Under the pieces are notes generated by a model, which did no database searches, was not told the origin of the DNA, and saw only the letters and a program-made list of their open reading frames with translations. A stretch of DNA of 64,000 bases from a virus: IMG/VR virus record IMGVR_UViG_3300049218_000313, positions 51,161-115,160 of that record, one strand, 5' to 3'. Position 1 is the first letter of the stretch, and every line of letters begins with the position of its first letter. The translations under genes were made by a program, and so were the position numbers. Positions 7,801 through 15,244 of this stretch are shown here, one piece after another.

Positions 7801-10331
7801 GTGGCGGCCGCGACGGACTCGCTGATGGCGCGTGCTTCGCCGAGCGCTCTGGTTACGCCGTCAGTAGGTGCGGAGATGCTCTCCGACAAGGCGCGGTAGT
7901 AGCTGGCCGCCCTGGCCGCGCTGTCGCTCGGTGTGGCGACACTTTCGCTGAACGACCGGACGGCTGCAACGGCGCGAGCAACAGCATCACTAGGAGTAGT
8001 GACCGTTTCGCTAACGGCTCGGTAGGTGCCTTGCTGCCTCGAGACGGCGTCGCTCGGGTTGATGACGCTCTCGGCGGTGGAACGTGCCAGAACCTGCGCG
8101 CGTGAAACGGCATCGCTAGGAGCAGTGATGGACTCGGCGATGGACCTAGACCCCACGAAGTACCGGATCAACGCATCCGTCGGACCAGCTACGCTATCAG
8201 CGATAGCCCGAGCCCCAGCGAAGATGCGAGAGACCGCATCCGTCGGACCAGCTACGGTCTCGGCCACCGCGCGTTCGCCGGTGAACTGCCTGGACGCGGC
8301 ATCGCTCGGAGTGGTGACTGACTCCGCGACAGCACGAGCAACAACCTCCCGCCGCGTGACCGAGTCCGAAGGTGTGGTGACCGACTCCGATACGGACCTT
8401 GTGTAAGGGGTTCCTCCGCCACCCGTGTTGGTCTGCGATACCGAGTCGGACGGAGTAGTGACGCTCTCGCTAATGGCGCGGTTGTACTTAGCTTGCCTGG
8501 CGATTCCGCCTCCGGCGCTAAGAAACGCAGCGGCAACGATGCCCCAGTTCTGGGTGCCAGTAGGAAGGGCTGTGGTCGCCATGTTTGGGCCAGAAGAGGA
8601 GAGCTTGTACTCAAGCGTGTCGTCGAACGTACTGGTCTGCGTGATGAGAGTGAAACCAGTACCCACGCCCGCGCTGTACGTCTGGCAGAGATCTGCCGCA
8701 AAGATGATTCCTGCGCCAGATGTGGTGAACGAGCCCGTACTGGCGGTAGTAGCAGAAGAAGAAGTAGCAGAAGCCGCTGCTCCGTTATCGTAGCCAGAAA
8801 CCCCGCTTATCTCGAAGGCGTAGAGGCAGATGTACTCAGCCGACGCCCCAGGCGAGAAAGAGCACGAGATTGTAACGCTGCCGCCTGCAATGCTCGAGGC
8901 GTAGAAAGCAGTCATCGACGTCGTGCCGTCGTTCACGGTGGTATTAGCGCAAGCGTGGTACGTGTTTGTCCCGTCAGACGGAGTACTGAAAGAGGGCACC
9001 GTGCCCGGATTCTGCGCTCCGCAGATGACTAGTATTGTGTTTCCTGCCGTAGTTCCTGAGAGCGTGACTGTTTGAGGAGACGAGGGGGTGGTGGTGAACT
9101 CAGCAGAGGCATACTGCACGTAGGCCGCGGTAGTGCTGCCGCTATCTATCGGTGTGCTGATGGACTCCGAGATGGACCTTGTCTGGTTGTGGCTGTTGGA
9201 TTGAGAGATGGAATCGGTGGGAGTGGAGATCGAGTCCGAGATAGCGCGGTACGCAGAGACGGTGCGTGACACGTTACTGGTGAGCGGCGTCTTGAAGGCA
9301 GCCGCCATCATGAGCCAGGTCTGCGCACCTCCGGTCAGGGTGCACGTCGGAGACTGAGAACCGCTACCGCCGACCTTGTACTCAAGCAGCGCCTGGGCGG
9401 CTGAAGACGTGATCTGCGTGTAGCCGCTGGACACGGCCGCGGTGCCTCCTCGAACGCAGACTGCCAGCTGCAGCTCATTCGATGCCTGCGCCAGCGTGAA
9501 CGTCCCCGCATCCGCGGGGCCAGAAGAGTAGTTGGCGTCACCGCCGCCAGTATCGTAGGCCGAGATGTTATTCACCTCGAAGGCGTAGGCGTAGACGTCG
9601 GCGGTAGACCCCCCGGTGAATGCGCACGAGATTGAGACGCTGCCACCGGCGATGGACAGAGCAAGGTAAGTACTACACGTACCGTCTGCCCCGTCTGCGA
9701 CTGAAGATGCAGGGCAATTCGTATAGGTGTTCGTACCATCAGAGGGCGTCGAAAAGACAAAGCTAGAACCACCTACAGAGAACAGCATGACCACGATTGC
9801 GTTCCCTGCCGTTGTACTGGGCAGGGAGATCGTGAGAGGCGACGTCGGGTTATAGCCACCTTCGTTGTAGCCTGACTGGACTACCGAGGGCGTGGCGTAC
9901 AGCGAGACGTCAGTCGGAGTGGGGATGGACTCGTTGAGCGCCCGCACATTCAGGTGCGTTCCGGCAACCGAGTCGCTCGGAGTAGAGAACGACTCCGAGA
10001 TGCTCTTGTGAAGAGCGAGTGCATGCACCACCGAGTCGCCGCCGATGGAGAGCGACTCGGAGATGGATACGGCAATACCCGGGGTAGCTAGGACTGAGTC
10101 CGACGGGGTTGTGACGGACTCAGTGATGCCCCGCAGGCCTACGTAGTACCTCGCGGGCGAGTCCGAGAAAGCCGAAATGGCTTCCGCCACAGTACGGAAG
10201 GCTGTGATTGCACGACTGACCGAATCGCTCGGGGTGGAGATCGATTCGGAGATGCTGCCGAAGTACTGATACCCCGTACCCGCGAGGGCCGAAATAGGCG
10301 CTTCGGAGATGGCACCTAGCCCGAGGGGCAT
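4818..10331 (-). CDS. 1837-aa Ser/Thr-rich repeat protein, probable long virion fibre
   Basis: About 60 copies of a 21-aa repeat plus two paralogous globular inserts; N-terminus MPLGLGAISEAPISAL; last gene of the structural operon. Confidence 0.75.
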   Translation of the reverse strand: MPLGLGAISEAPISALAGTGYQYFGSISESISTPSDSVSRAITAFRTVAEAISAFSDSPARYYVGLRGITESVTTPSDSVLATPGIAVSISESLSIGGDSVVHALALHKSISESFSTPSDSVAGTHLNVRALNESIPTPTDVSLYATPSVVQSGYNEGGYNPTSPLTISLPSTTAGNAIVVMLFSVGGSSFVFSTPSDGTNTYTNCPASSVADGADGTCSTYLALSIAGGSVSISCAFTGGSTADVYAYAFEVNNISAYDTGGGDANYSSGPADAGTFTLAQASNELQLAVCVRGGTAAVSSGYTQITSSAAQALLEYKVGGSGSQSPTCTLTGGAQTWLMMAAAFKTPLTSNVSRTVSAYRAISDSISTPTDSISQSNSHNQTRSISESISTPIDSGSTTAAYVQYASAEFTTTPSSPQTVTLSGTTAGNTILVICGAQNPGTVPSFSTPSDGTNTYHACANTTVNDGTTSMTAFYASSIAGGSVTISCSFSPGASAEYICLYAFEISGVSGYDNGAAASATSSSATTASTGSFTTSGAGIIFAADLCQTYSAGVGTGFTLITQTSTFDDTLEYKLSSSGPNMATTALPTGTQNWGIVAAAFLSAGGGIARQAKYNRAISESVTTPSDSVSQTNTGGGGTPYTRSVSESVTTPSDSVTRREVVARAVAESVTTPSDAASRQFTGERAVAETVAGPTDAVSRIFAGARAIADSVAGPTDALIRYFVGSRSIAESITAPSDAVSRAQVLARSTAESVINPSDAVSRQQGTYRAVSETVTTPSDAVARAVAAVRSFSESVATPSDSAARAASYYRALSESISAPTDGVTRALGEARAISESVAAATDSVARAVAAHRSVSEAVTTPTDAVTRLLVEARALSESISTPTDSVSRSIGLLVSISEAVTTPSDAIARAFAGYRALSESVSAPSDSVSRALSFYVSVSESVSTPTDSVSRAFVGTRSLSESITAPSDSVARVRGAARATSESVSTPSDVIFRAFSGYRTVSESVASPSDAVARVYAAYRALSESVSTPSDSVAVLSGTGRLIGESVATPTDGVTRAVAYLVAIAESITTPTDSAARALVYARALNESIAAPSDSLSRSTGVARSASESVTTPTDSVQRTSVMARALSESVSSPTDAVARALVLARAVSESVAAPSDSVARTVAFYRAVSESVATPTDSVARALVLIRAVAESVTTPSDSVSRQYAAHRSVAESITTPTDSVSRVVPAVRSIGESVATPSDAVARIYAAYRALSESVSTPSDAAARSSVLTRSISESVAGPTDSVSRMYTAARFIGESAAAPSDAVSRLEVAGRAVSESVTTPSDSVARAFVGARAISENVPTPTDSISHGGVQTRPVGESVSTPTDSVARVQVLLRAVAETVTTPGDAVSRLYAAYRAISEAITTPSDALARLATYARSVSESIPTPTDYVASGGRFISEAVSSPSDAVTRLYVAYRSAGESIPTPSDVVTTNPAVFISESIATPSDSLARILAAYRSVSESTSSPTDAVTRLLVASKAVSESVATPSDALVRAFVGTRGVSESVVTPSDAVSRRGTWAASLTESVSSPTDAISAILGAYRTRTESIATPSDAVSVAATGARSIAEAAPTPSDVVTRRATAARSLSEAISSPSDLPTRQMAAARILTESLTSPSDSVARITVGLRSISEAMALPSDLVARHGVFARGVYDSIPTPSDSVLEAAGAARSVAEAVGSPMDMLRRVVSIARSVQESIAAPLDALVRSLVLDRVIAETIPTPIDFVQSFYRPKVVVPTVTLLNVPGPSFRASSVSNSGPTITTGTRPPATTPPAATHYNPQASGHRPGPVIRGPKKG
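5020..8490 (-). repeat. Degenerate 63-bp coding tandem repeat (about 55 units)
   Basis: Protein unit e.g. SESVTTPSDSVTRREVVARAV; recurring + strand words such as gactc, gtcggt and tccga at about 63-nt period. Confidence 0.9.
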
Positions 10332-10334
10332 AGG

Positions 10335-11462
10335 TCACCACCAGACGACGATGATGAGCCCTGGACCCCCGCTACCGCCCTTTGCACCAGTCACGCCTGC
10401 ACCGCCACCGCCGCCACCGCTGCCGACTCCCGTGGCGCTACCTCCGGCCCCTCCTGCGCCTGCAGTAGCTGAGGAACCGCCACCACTGGCTCCGGTCGAC
10501 ATGAGGGGGTAGAACGGCGGCGGAACGTTAGCGGGCCCCTGGGACGACAGGCCGTTGTTGCCGGGGTTACCGGGACCGCCAGCGACACCTGTTCCACCAG
10601 CCACGAGCGTGGTCTGGGTGCCCCACCAGCTGGCGCCCACTTGCGTGATTGAGCCGCCGCTGCCGACAGCGTTGGCCGCGCTCGAGGAGCCACCTCCGCC
10701 ACCCGAGCTCCAGAGAATGTTCGCCGCGCCGAAACCGATGGAGCCCCCGTTGGCACCAAGCGCACCGCCGGCACCGCCTCCCTGACCAGACGTCGTTACG
10801 ACCAGCCCCAGGGACGAGTAGGGAACCTGAGAGAGGGCAGCAGCACCTGCTCCAGAGCCGCCGGCCTGCCCGCCTGCTGCCGTTCCTGCGGCACCGCCGC
10901 CCGCAGCCGTACTGTCCGAGATGGAGAGGTAGAAGCCGGTGTTGAGATTCGGATAGTCGACGATCAACGACCTCGAACCCGCGCTGCCAGCGCTGCCGCT
11001 GCCTGTACCGCCAGCGCCTCCCGCTCCCGTGTAGAGGTAGACAGTGGGAGGAATGACACCGGCAGGGTACAGGGCACGGCAGGAACCAGCGGCGCCTCCT
11101 CCTCCACCACCACCCTTGGCTGACCCGGTGGCTGCGGTGAAGCCGCCGCCGCCTCCCCCCCCTCCACCGATGGTCATGAACATGACCATCGAGGCGTTCT
11201 TGGGCTTCACCCAGGGAAAGTAGAGCTCCGCGGTCGGTAGCTGCACGCCGTAGAAGAACTGCTGCTGTGCGTCCTTCGGCATGAACTTGCCGTCGCCGAA
11301 TACTCCCTTGGGTCTTTCGAACGACGGCAGCTCCTTGAAGAGGTCAGGCCACAGCCACGCAAGCAGGAAGGGGTCGAGTGGCTGAGGAGCAACTCGAGGG
11401 CCCCGACGCTGCATATGCCGCAGGTCGGACCGGCTGGGGTTTCTCCTCAGCCTGGAGCGCAT
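10335..11462 (-). CDS. Glycine-rich fibre-associated protein
   Basis: IGGGGGGGGG...GGAGG...GGPGLIIVVWW phage Gly-rich domain; ATG overlaps the upstream TGA (TGATG at 11460-11464). Confidence 0.7.
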   Translation of the reverse strand: MRSRLRRNPSRSDLRHMQRRGPRVAPQPLDPFLLAWLWPDLFKELPSFERPKGVFGDGKFMPKDAQQQFFYGVQLPTAELYFPWVKPKNASMVMFMTIGGGGGGGGGFTAATGSAKGGGGGGGAAGSCRALYPAGVIPPTVYLYTGAGGAGGTGSGSAGSAGSRSLIVDYPNLNTGFYLSISDSTAAGGGAAGTAAGGQAGGSGAGAAALSQVPYSSLGLVVTTSGQGGGAGGALGANGGSIGFGAANILWSSGGGGGSSSAANAVGSGGSITQVGASWWGTQTTLVAGGTGVAGGPGNPGNNGLSSQGPANVPPPFYPLMSTGASGGGSSATAGAGGAGGSATGVGSGGGGGGAGVTGAKGGSGGPGLIIVVWW

Positions 11463-11920
11463 CAGTAGTCTCCAGCCCCGATAGGCACTGCGCGGATCGA
11501 GGTGCTCGCCGCCGGACCAGAGTGGGTAGAAGCCAGCAAAGCGTAGCCAGCAGGGATGCGGAAGCCCACCGGGATGTCCTGCCCCACGACGTTGCTCGTG
11601 CTTGAGTCGGCGGTCGTCGACGGCAAGAAGCACTCGCCGATGAGCGCGCACGTAGTGGTGCTCGTAGTGCCCGACGTCACGGACGCGAGGTAGAGCCTGC
11701 AGGTCGTTGCTGTCGTTGTGGTGTTCGCCGCGCTAGCCACTGGAATGAAGCGCACAGCCTCGACGAAGGAGCCGTTCGTTGCGTCGGCGTTGAACACCGT
11801 GAAGATGTTGGTGCCGATGGTGCCGCTGCTTCCATCGCTGGTCGTGAGGGCAGCAGTGATGAGCGCGCCAATGCTGGCCGTCGCCTGACGAATGAACTGC
11901 GGAAGCGCGTTACCCGACAT
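11462..11920 (-). CDS. Small beta-rich fibre accessory protein
   Basis: Thr/Ser-rich ORF tightly packed in the fibre cassette; GGAG RBS. Confidence 0.7.
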   Translation of the reverse strand: MSGNALPQFIRQATASIGALITAALTTSDGSSGTIGTNIFTVFNADATNGSFVEAVRFIPVASAANTTTTATTCRLYLASVTSGTTSTTTCALIGECFLPSTTADSSTSNVVGQDIPVGFRIPAGYALLASTHSGPAASTSIRAVPIGAGDY

Positions 11921-11929
11921 GATGGTCTC

Positions 11930-12289
11930 CTAGAAGTTCACGCGCCGCATCGCGAAGGCTGCCGTCAATCCGATGTCGGCGATGCTCTGCGCAGGCATGT
12001 CGCAGAAGACCGTGGTTGTTCCGGTCAGGTTGATGGCTGCGTTGCTGTTCGAGCTCGCGTAGATGTTGTCCCTCGAGAGCGTTGTGCTCGACACGGTGTA
12101 GGTACCGTCGCCCACTTCCCAGTCCGTGCCGTTACCGGAGAGAAGACAGTAGCGCACCCGCGAGGTGTTCGGGGCAGCAAACGCGGAGGAGAACGCCTGA
12201 AAGCCACTGACGGCACCGGCCAGGGTCACTGTGCCGGTGCCGGTAGTGGCTGTCGTCTCTTTGACTCGGTCCGCGTACGAGGACCCCAT
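11930..12289 (-). CDS. Phage fibre N-terminal-type protein
   Basis: ADRVKETTATTGTGTVTLAGAVSGFQAF...WEVGDGTY motif recognised from tail-fibre heads of environmental phages. Confidence 0.7.
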   Translation of the reverse strand: MGSSYADRVKETTATTGTGTVTLAGAVSGFQAFSSAFAAPNTSRVRYCLLSGNGTDWEVGDGTYTVSSTTLSRDNIYASSNSNAAINLTGTTTVFCDMPAQSIADIGLTAAFAMRRVNF

Positions 12290-12296
12290 CGGGTCC

Positions 12297-13199
12297 TCAG
12301 ATCGTGATCGTGACCGTGTTCTGGAGCGTGTCGCCGGAGACCAACGTCGGAGGCGACGGCTCCGCCGACTCGAACGGCATCACGCCGCCGGCCGTGGTGG
12401 TGGCCGCACCGAACTGGGCCTCGTTGTTGATGGTCTCGGTTCCGGTAGCCGTCCAGAGGTGGACCAGCGCGTAGGTCGAAGCCGCGGCGGTATGCGAGTA
12501 GGTACCGACGGCGCGAGCAAAGCCGTTGGTCGTGAGCTCGCCGGCGAGGGTGGTGTCCGAGGTGGCCGGGGTGAACGTGTTCGCCGTGACGGCCATCCAC
12601 GAGGCCGGGTTCTGCCCGGGCAGGATGATGTACGGGGCGGTTGAAGCCGGGGTGGTACCCGCGGCGCCGGAGGTGCTGGTTGCCGAGTACCACTGGTCGA
12701 CCGTGAGGACAGTCGCAGTGTTGGACGTGATGACTCCGTAGACCATGACGGTCGTGGAGATCCAGCAGCAGACGATGCTGCCTGCGAGGCCCTGGCCCGA
12801 GGTCGGGAAGGACGCGCTGGAGTTGGTCAGCGAGGTGGCCGAGGAGGCGGTGGCCGCACCCGTCGCGGTCGCGAAGGTGAACGACGGGCCCTGGCCCATC
12901 GCCTTGGCGAGCCAGTCGTAGGCATTGGTGTAGCCCGACGCCGTGGTGGTCGTCAGGTTCTTGCGCCAGGGGCCCTTCTGCGGCTTCGCCTTCGGACCGT
13001 GCGCGCGTCCAGGGTGGACGATCGTCTGCCAGATGGACTTGCACAGGATGGGCGTCTCGCGCGCCGCGGCGCGCGCAGCCTCGCGGACCGTGCGCATCTT
13101 GCGGGGACCGGCAGAGCCGCCATGGGAGTGGCCGCCCGTGCGACGAGCCGAGGAACGGGTGACGGCCGCCAGAGCGGCGCTCTTCAGATGGGTTCTCAC
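12297..13199 (-). CDS. Tail-collar-fibre-like structural protein
   Basis: MAVTANTFTPATSDTTLAGELTTNGFAR...LVSGDTLQNTVTITI pattern; start uncertain. Confidence 0.6.
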   Translation of the reverse strand: MRTHLKSAALAAVTRSSARRTGGHSHGGSAGPRKMRTVREAARAAARETPILCKSIWQTIVHPGRAHGPKAKPQKGPWRKNLTTTTASGYTNAYDWLAKAMGQGPSFTFATATGAATASSATSLTNSSASFPTSGQGLAGSIVCCWISTTVMVYGVITSNTATVLTVDQWYSATSTSGAAGTTPASTAPYIILPGQNPASWMAVTANTFTPATSDTTLAGELTTNGFARAVGTYSHTAAASTYALVHLWTATGTETINNEAQFGAATTTAGGVMPFESAEPSPPTLVSGDTLQNTVTITI

Positions 13200-13822
13200 G
13201 ACTTCACCGCCTTGACCTTGAAGAACGTGTGCAGGTGGGCGAGGAGGTCTTCCTTACTGGACTCCTCGGAGTAGGCCGCGAGGTGCGCCGCGTGCTCTTC
13301 CGCGGGAATGTTCGCGCGCTCGCTCGGGTCGTCGATGGAGGGCATGTGACCGCAGCTGGCGCAGCGGGCGGGCGCGCCCGTGACCTCGCTCTTCACGTCG
13401 TGCTTGCCCGCGCTCTGGCAAGCCTGCACGCGGCTCGCCTCGGAGACGGCGTGCGGCTTGAGCATCGCCGCCAGCAGCTCGGGCTCGGGACCGTCGTCGT
13501 CGACCTCGATCTTCGTGATCCACTCGCGCTTGGCGTGGATGGGCAGGTGGTTCTCGCCCACGTAGAAGGCTATGGCCTGGTTGCGGGTGAGGACACGACC
13601 GCCCTCGGGACGGGTCTTCTCGTGGATGATCTTCGCGCAGATCTGCGCCTCCGAGAGGTGGACCGTCATGTACGTCGGGGCCTTCTTGGTCACGCGCATG
13701 CGGTAGCCACCGTTGGCGGCAGGACGGACGCGCTCCGCAGCGATGTCTGCGGGGGTGACCTTCACGTCATCCGGGACTGGAACCCAGTCGTAGAACTTGG
13801 AGAGGTAGGCAACGACGTGCAT
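13196..13822 (-). CDS. Hypothetical protein with Cys/His cluster
   Basis: AAGGAG RBS before ATG 13822; CQSAGKH...RCASCGH. Confidence 0.7.
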   Translation of the reverse strand: MHVVAYLSKFYDWVPVPDDVKVTPADIAAERVRPAANGGYRMRVTKKAPTYMTVHLSEAQICAKIIHEKTRPEGGRVLTRNQAIAFYVGENHLPIHAKREWITKIEVDDDGPEPELLAAMLKPHAVSEASRVQACQSAGKHDVKSEVTGAPARCASCGHMPSIDDPSERANIPAEEHAAHLAAYSEESSKEDLLAHLHTFFKVKAVKS

Positions 13823-13923
13823 GGGAGAGGCGCTCCTTTTTTGCCGGGCGTACCTGCAGCCTATCAGGGCGGCCGCGGAGAAGGGAACGAGTGGACTGTC
13901 CCATGGTAGCAGTCCGCCAGGGG

Positions 13924-13956
13924 CTAAAAGAAGGGCCCCTCCCCTCACGGGGCCCC
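13924..13956 (-). terminator. Intrinsic terminator
   Basis: GGGCCCC-N9-GGGGCCC followed by TTCTTTTAGC on the - strand. Confidence 0.7.
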
Positions 13957-13963
13957 GGTACTT

Positions 13964-14272
13964 CTACTGCGCGGTCGTCGAGGCCTTGTGGAGTTCTTCC
14001 TCGAGCTGATCCATGGCCTTCGTGAGCTTCGCCTTGGACTCCACATCGAGCTGTCCGAATGCGCGCGCGATGATGTGCGCCGCAGAACGGAAGCCCTCGG
14101 CATAGCGCTTGTCACCAGCCTCTTGAACCATCTGCTGGACGAGCGCCTTCATCCGGTCGAATGGGTCCCTGCTGGGTGGCGTCGGCGGCGGTTTCGCCTC
14201 CACAACAGCGGGGGGAGGTGCGGACGCGGGAAGTGCCGGGCCAGCGTGTCCATTCGACTTGGTCTTCTGCAT
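13964..14272 (-). CDS. Hypothetical protein (102 aa)
   Basis: GGAG RBS, helical C-terminus, co-transcribed with thyX. Confidence 0.7.
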   Translation of the reverse strand: MQKTKSNGHAGPALPASAPPPAVVEAKPPPTPPSRDPFDRMKALVQQMVQEAGDKRYAEGFRSAAHIIARAFGQLDVESKAKLTKAMDQLEEELHKASTTAQ

Positions 14273-14275
14273 GTC

Positions 14276-15148
14276 CTACTCCTTCGACTCTTGCATCCAC
14301 GGGTAGCAGTTGAACAAGTTCGGCCAGCGTGCGACGCACAAGCGCTTCCAGGCGCGGGCGAAGCGCTGAATCTCGAGGTCGGCGAGAGGATTGTCGCGCT
14401 CACGCACGAACTTCGCGATGGCCGCCGGGTTGGTGGTCCAGATGAAGCTCGTCTCGGCCTGGTGCGGCAGGAAGCTCGAGGCGGCCTCGTAGATGCGCTT
14501 GCGGTCCATGCTGGTCGGCTGCTTGCCGAACTGCTTCGCATGCTCGTGCGTCTCTTCCTGCACCGCGGTCATGTAGTTTTCGTAGGCGGCCTGCATCGAC
14601 TGCTCGAAGTGCGCCTGCATGCCCGGGTCGTCCTTGTAGCGGGGCGGCTCGATGAAAAAACCGTAGTGATGGGTGAAGCGCGTCGATTCCTGCGACGGGC
14701 TACCCTCCTCGCTGCGGTCGGCGCCCACGTAGTTGCGGATGATCTCGTGGCTCACGCGGCGGCTGATGCCGGCCACGAAGAAGCTCATCTTCGCGTGGTA
14801 CATGATGCTCGCGTGCGGGACTTCTCCCGCCTGCGTGCTCTCGATGTACTCCTTGTTGCTCTTGCGCCCGGCCTTGGCACCGAAGCTGTCGTAGCACTTA
14901 CGCCCCGCGAGCTCTACGAGCAGCTCGTTGGCGGTGAGCTCACGGCCGGTGTTCTCATCGAGGCCCTTGTGGGGGAAGAGGTCATCCCAGCGAGCCGGGT
15001 TGCCCTCGGCCACATCTGGCAAGCACGCGGGGCGATGAAGCTTCACCCACTCGATCATGTCCTCGACGCCCAGCGTGATGAGCTGCATCTCGGCCACCGG
15101 GACGATGGTCGGTTCGCCGCGCAGAATCGTGACTTTATTGGTCATCAT
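14276..15148 (-). CDS. thyX: FAD-dependent thymidylate synthase ThyX-like
   Basis: ELAGRKCYDSF, HASIMYH, GISRRVSHEIIRN...SQESTRF, EAASSFLP...ETSF.WTTN, R...A..EI..FA; the RHR signature is altered to RNY. Confidence 0.8.
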   Translation of the reverse strand: MMTNKVTILRGEPTIVPVAEMQLITLGVEDMIEWVKLHRPACLPDVAEGNPARWDDLFPHKGLDENTGRELTANELLVELAGRKCYDSFGAKAGRKSNKEYIESTQAGEVPHASIMYHAKMSFFVAGISRRVSHEIIRNYVGADRSEEGSPSQESTRFTHHYGFFIEPPRYKDDPGMQAHFEQSMQAAYENYMTAVQEETHEHAKQFGKQPTSMDRKRIYEAASSFLPHQAETSFIWTTNPAAIAKFVRERDNPLADLEIQRFARAWKRLCVARWPNLFNCYPWMQESKE

Positions 15149-15178
15149 GTCCTCCATGCGCGTACGAGCGCGCATGGG

Positions 15179-15210
15179 CCTTATCCCGTGTTGCGCGAGG
15201 ACTTTTCACG
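15179..15210 (-). promoter_or_regulatory. AAR-N18-ATAAG promoter motif upstream of thyX
   Basis: - strand TGAAAA-N18-ATAAGG with acgggATAAG. Confidence 0.6.
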
Positions 15211-15244
15211 GTAGCCCCCGCACCAGTGAAAGAGAAGGGCGCTA

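Noticed and set aside
5020-8490. 63-bp periodicity as a CRISPR array or non-coding repeat, given the Cas4-like gene nearby
   Set aside because: Units are degenerate at third codon positions, have no constant repeat/unique spacer structure and lie in one 5.5-kb open frame
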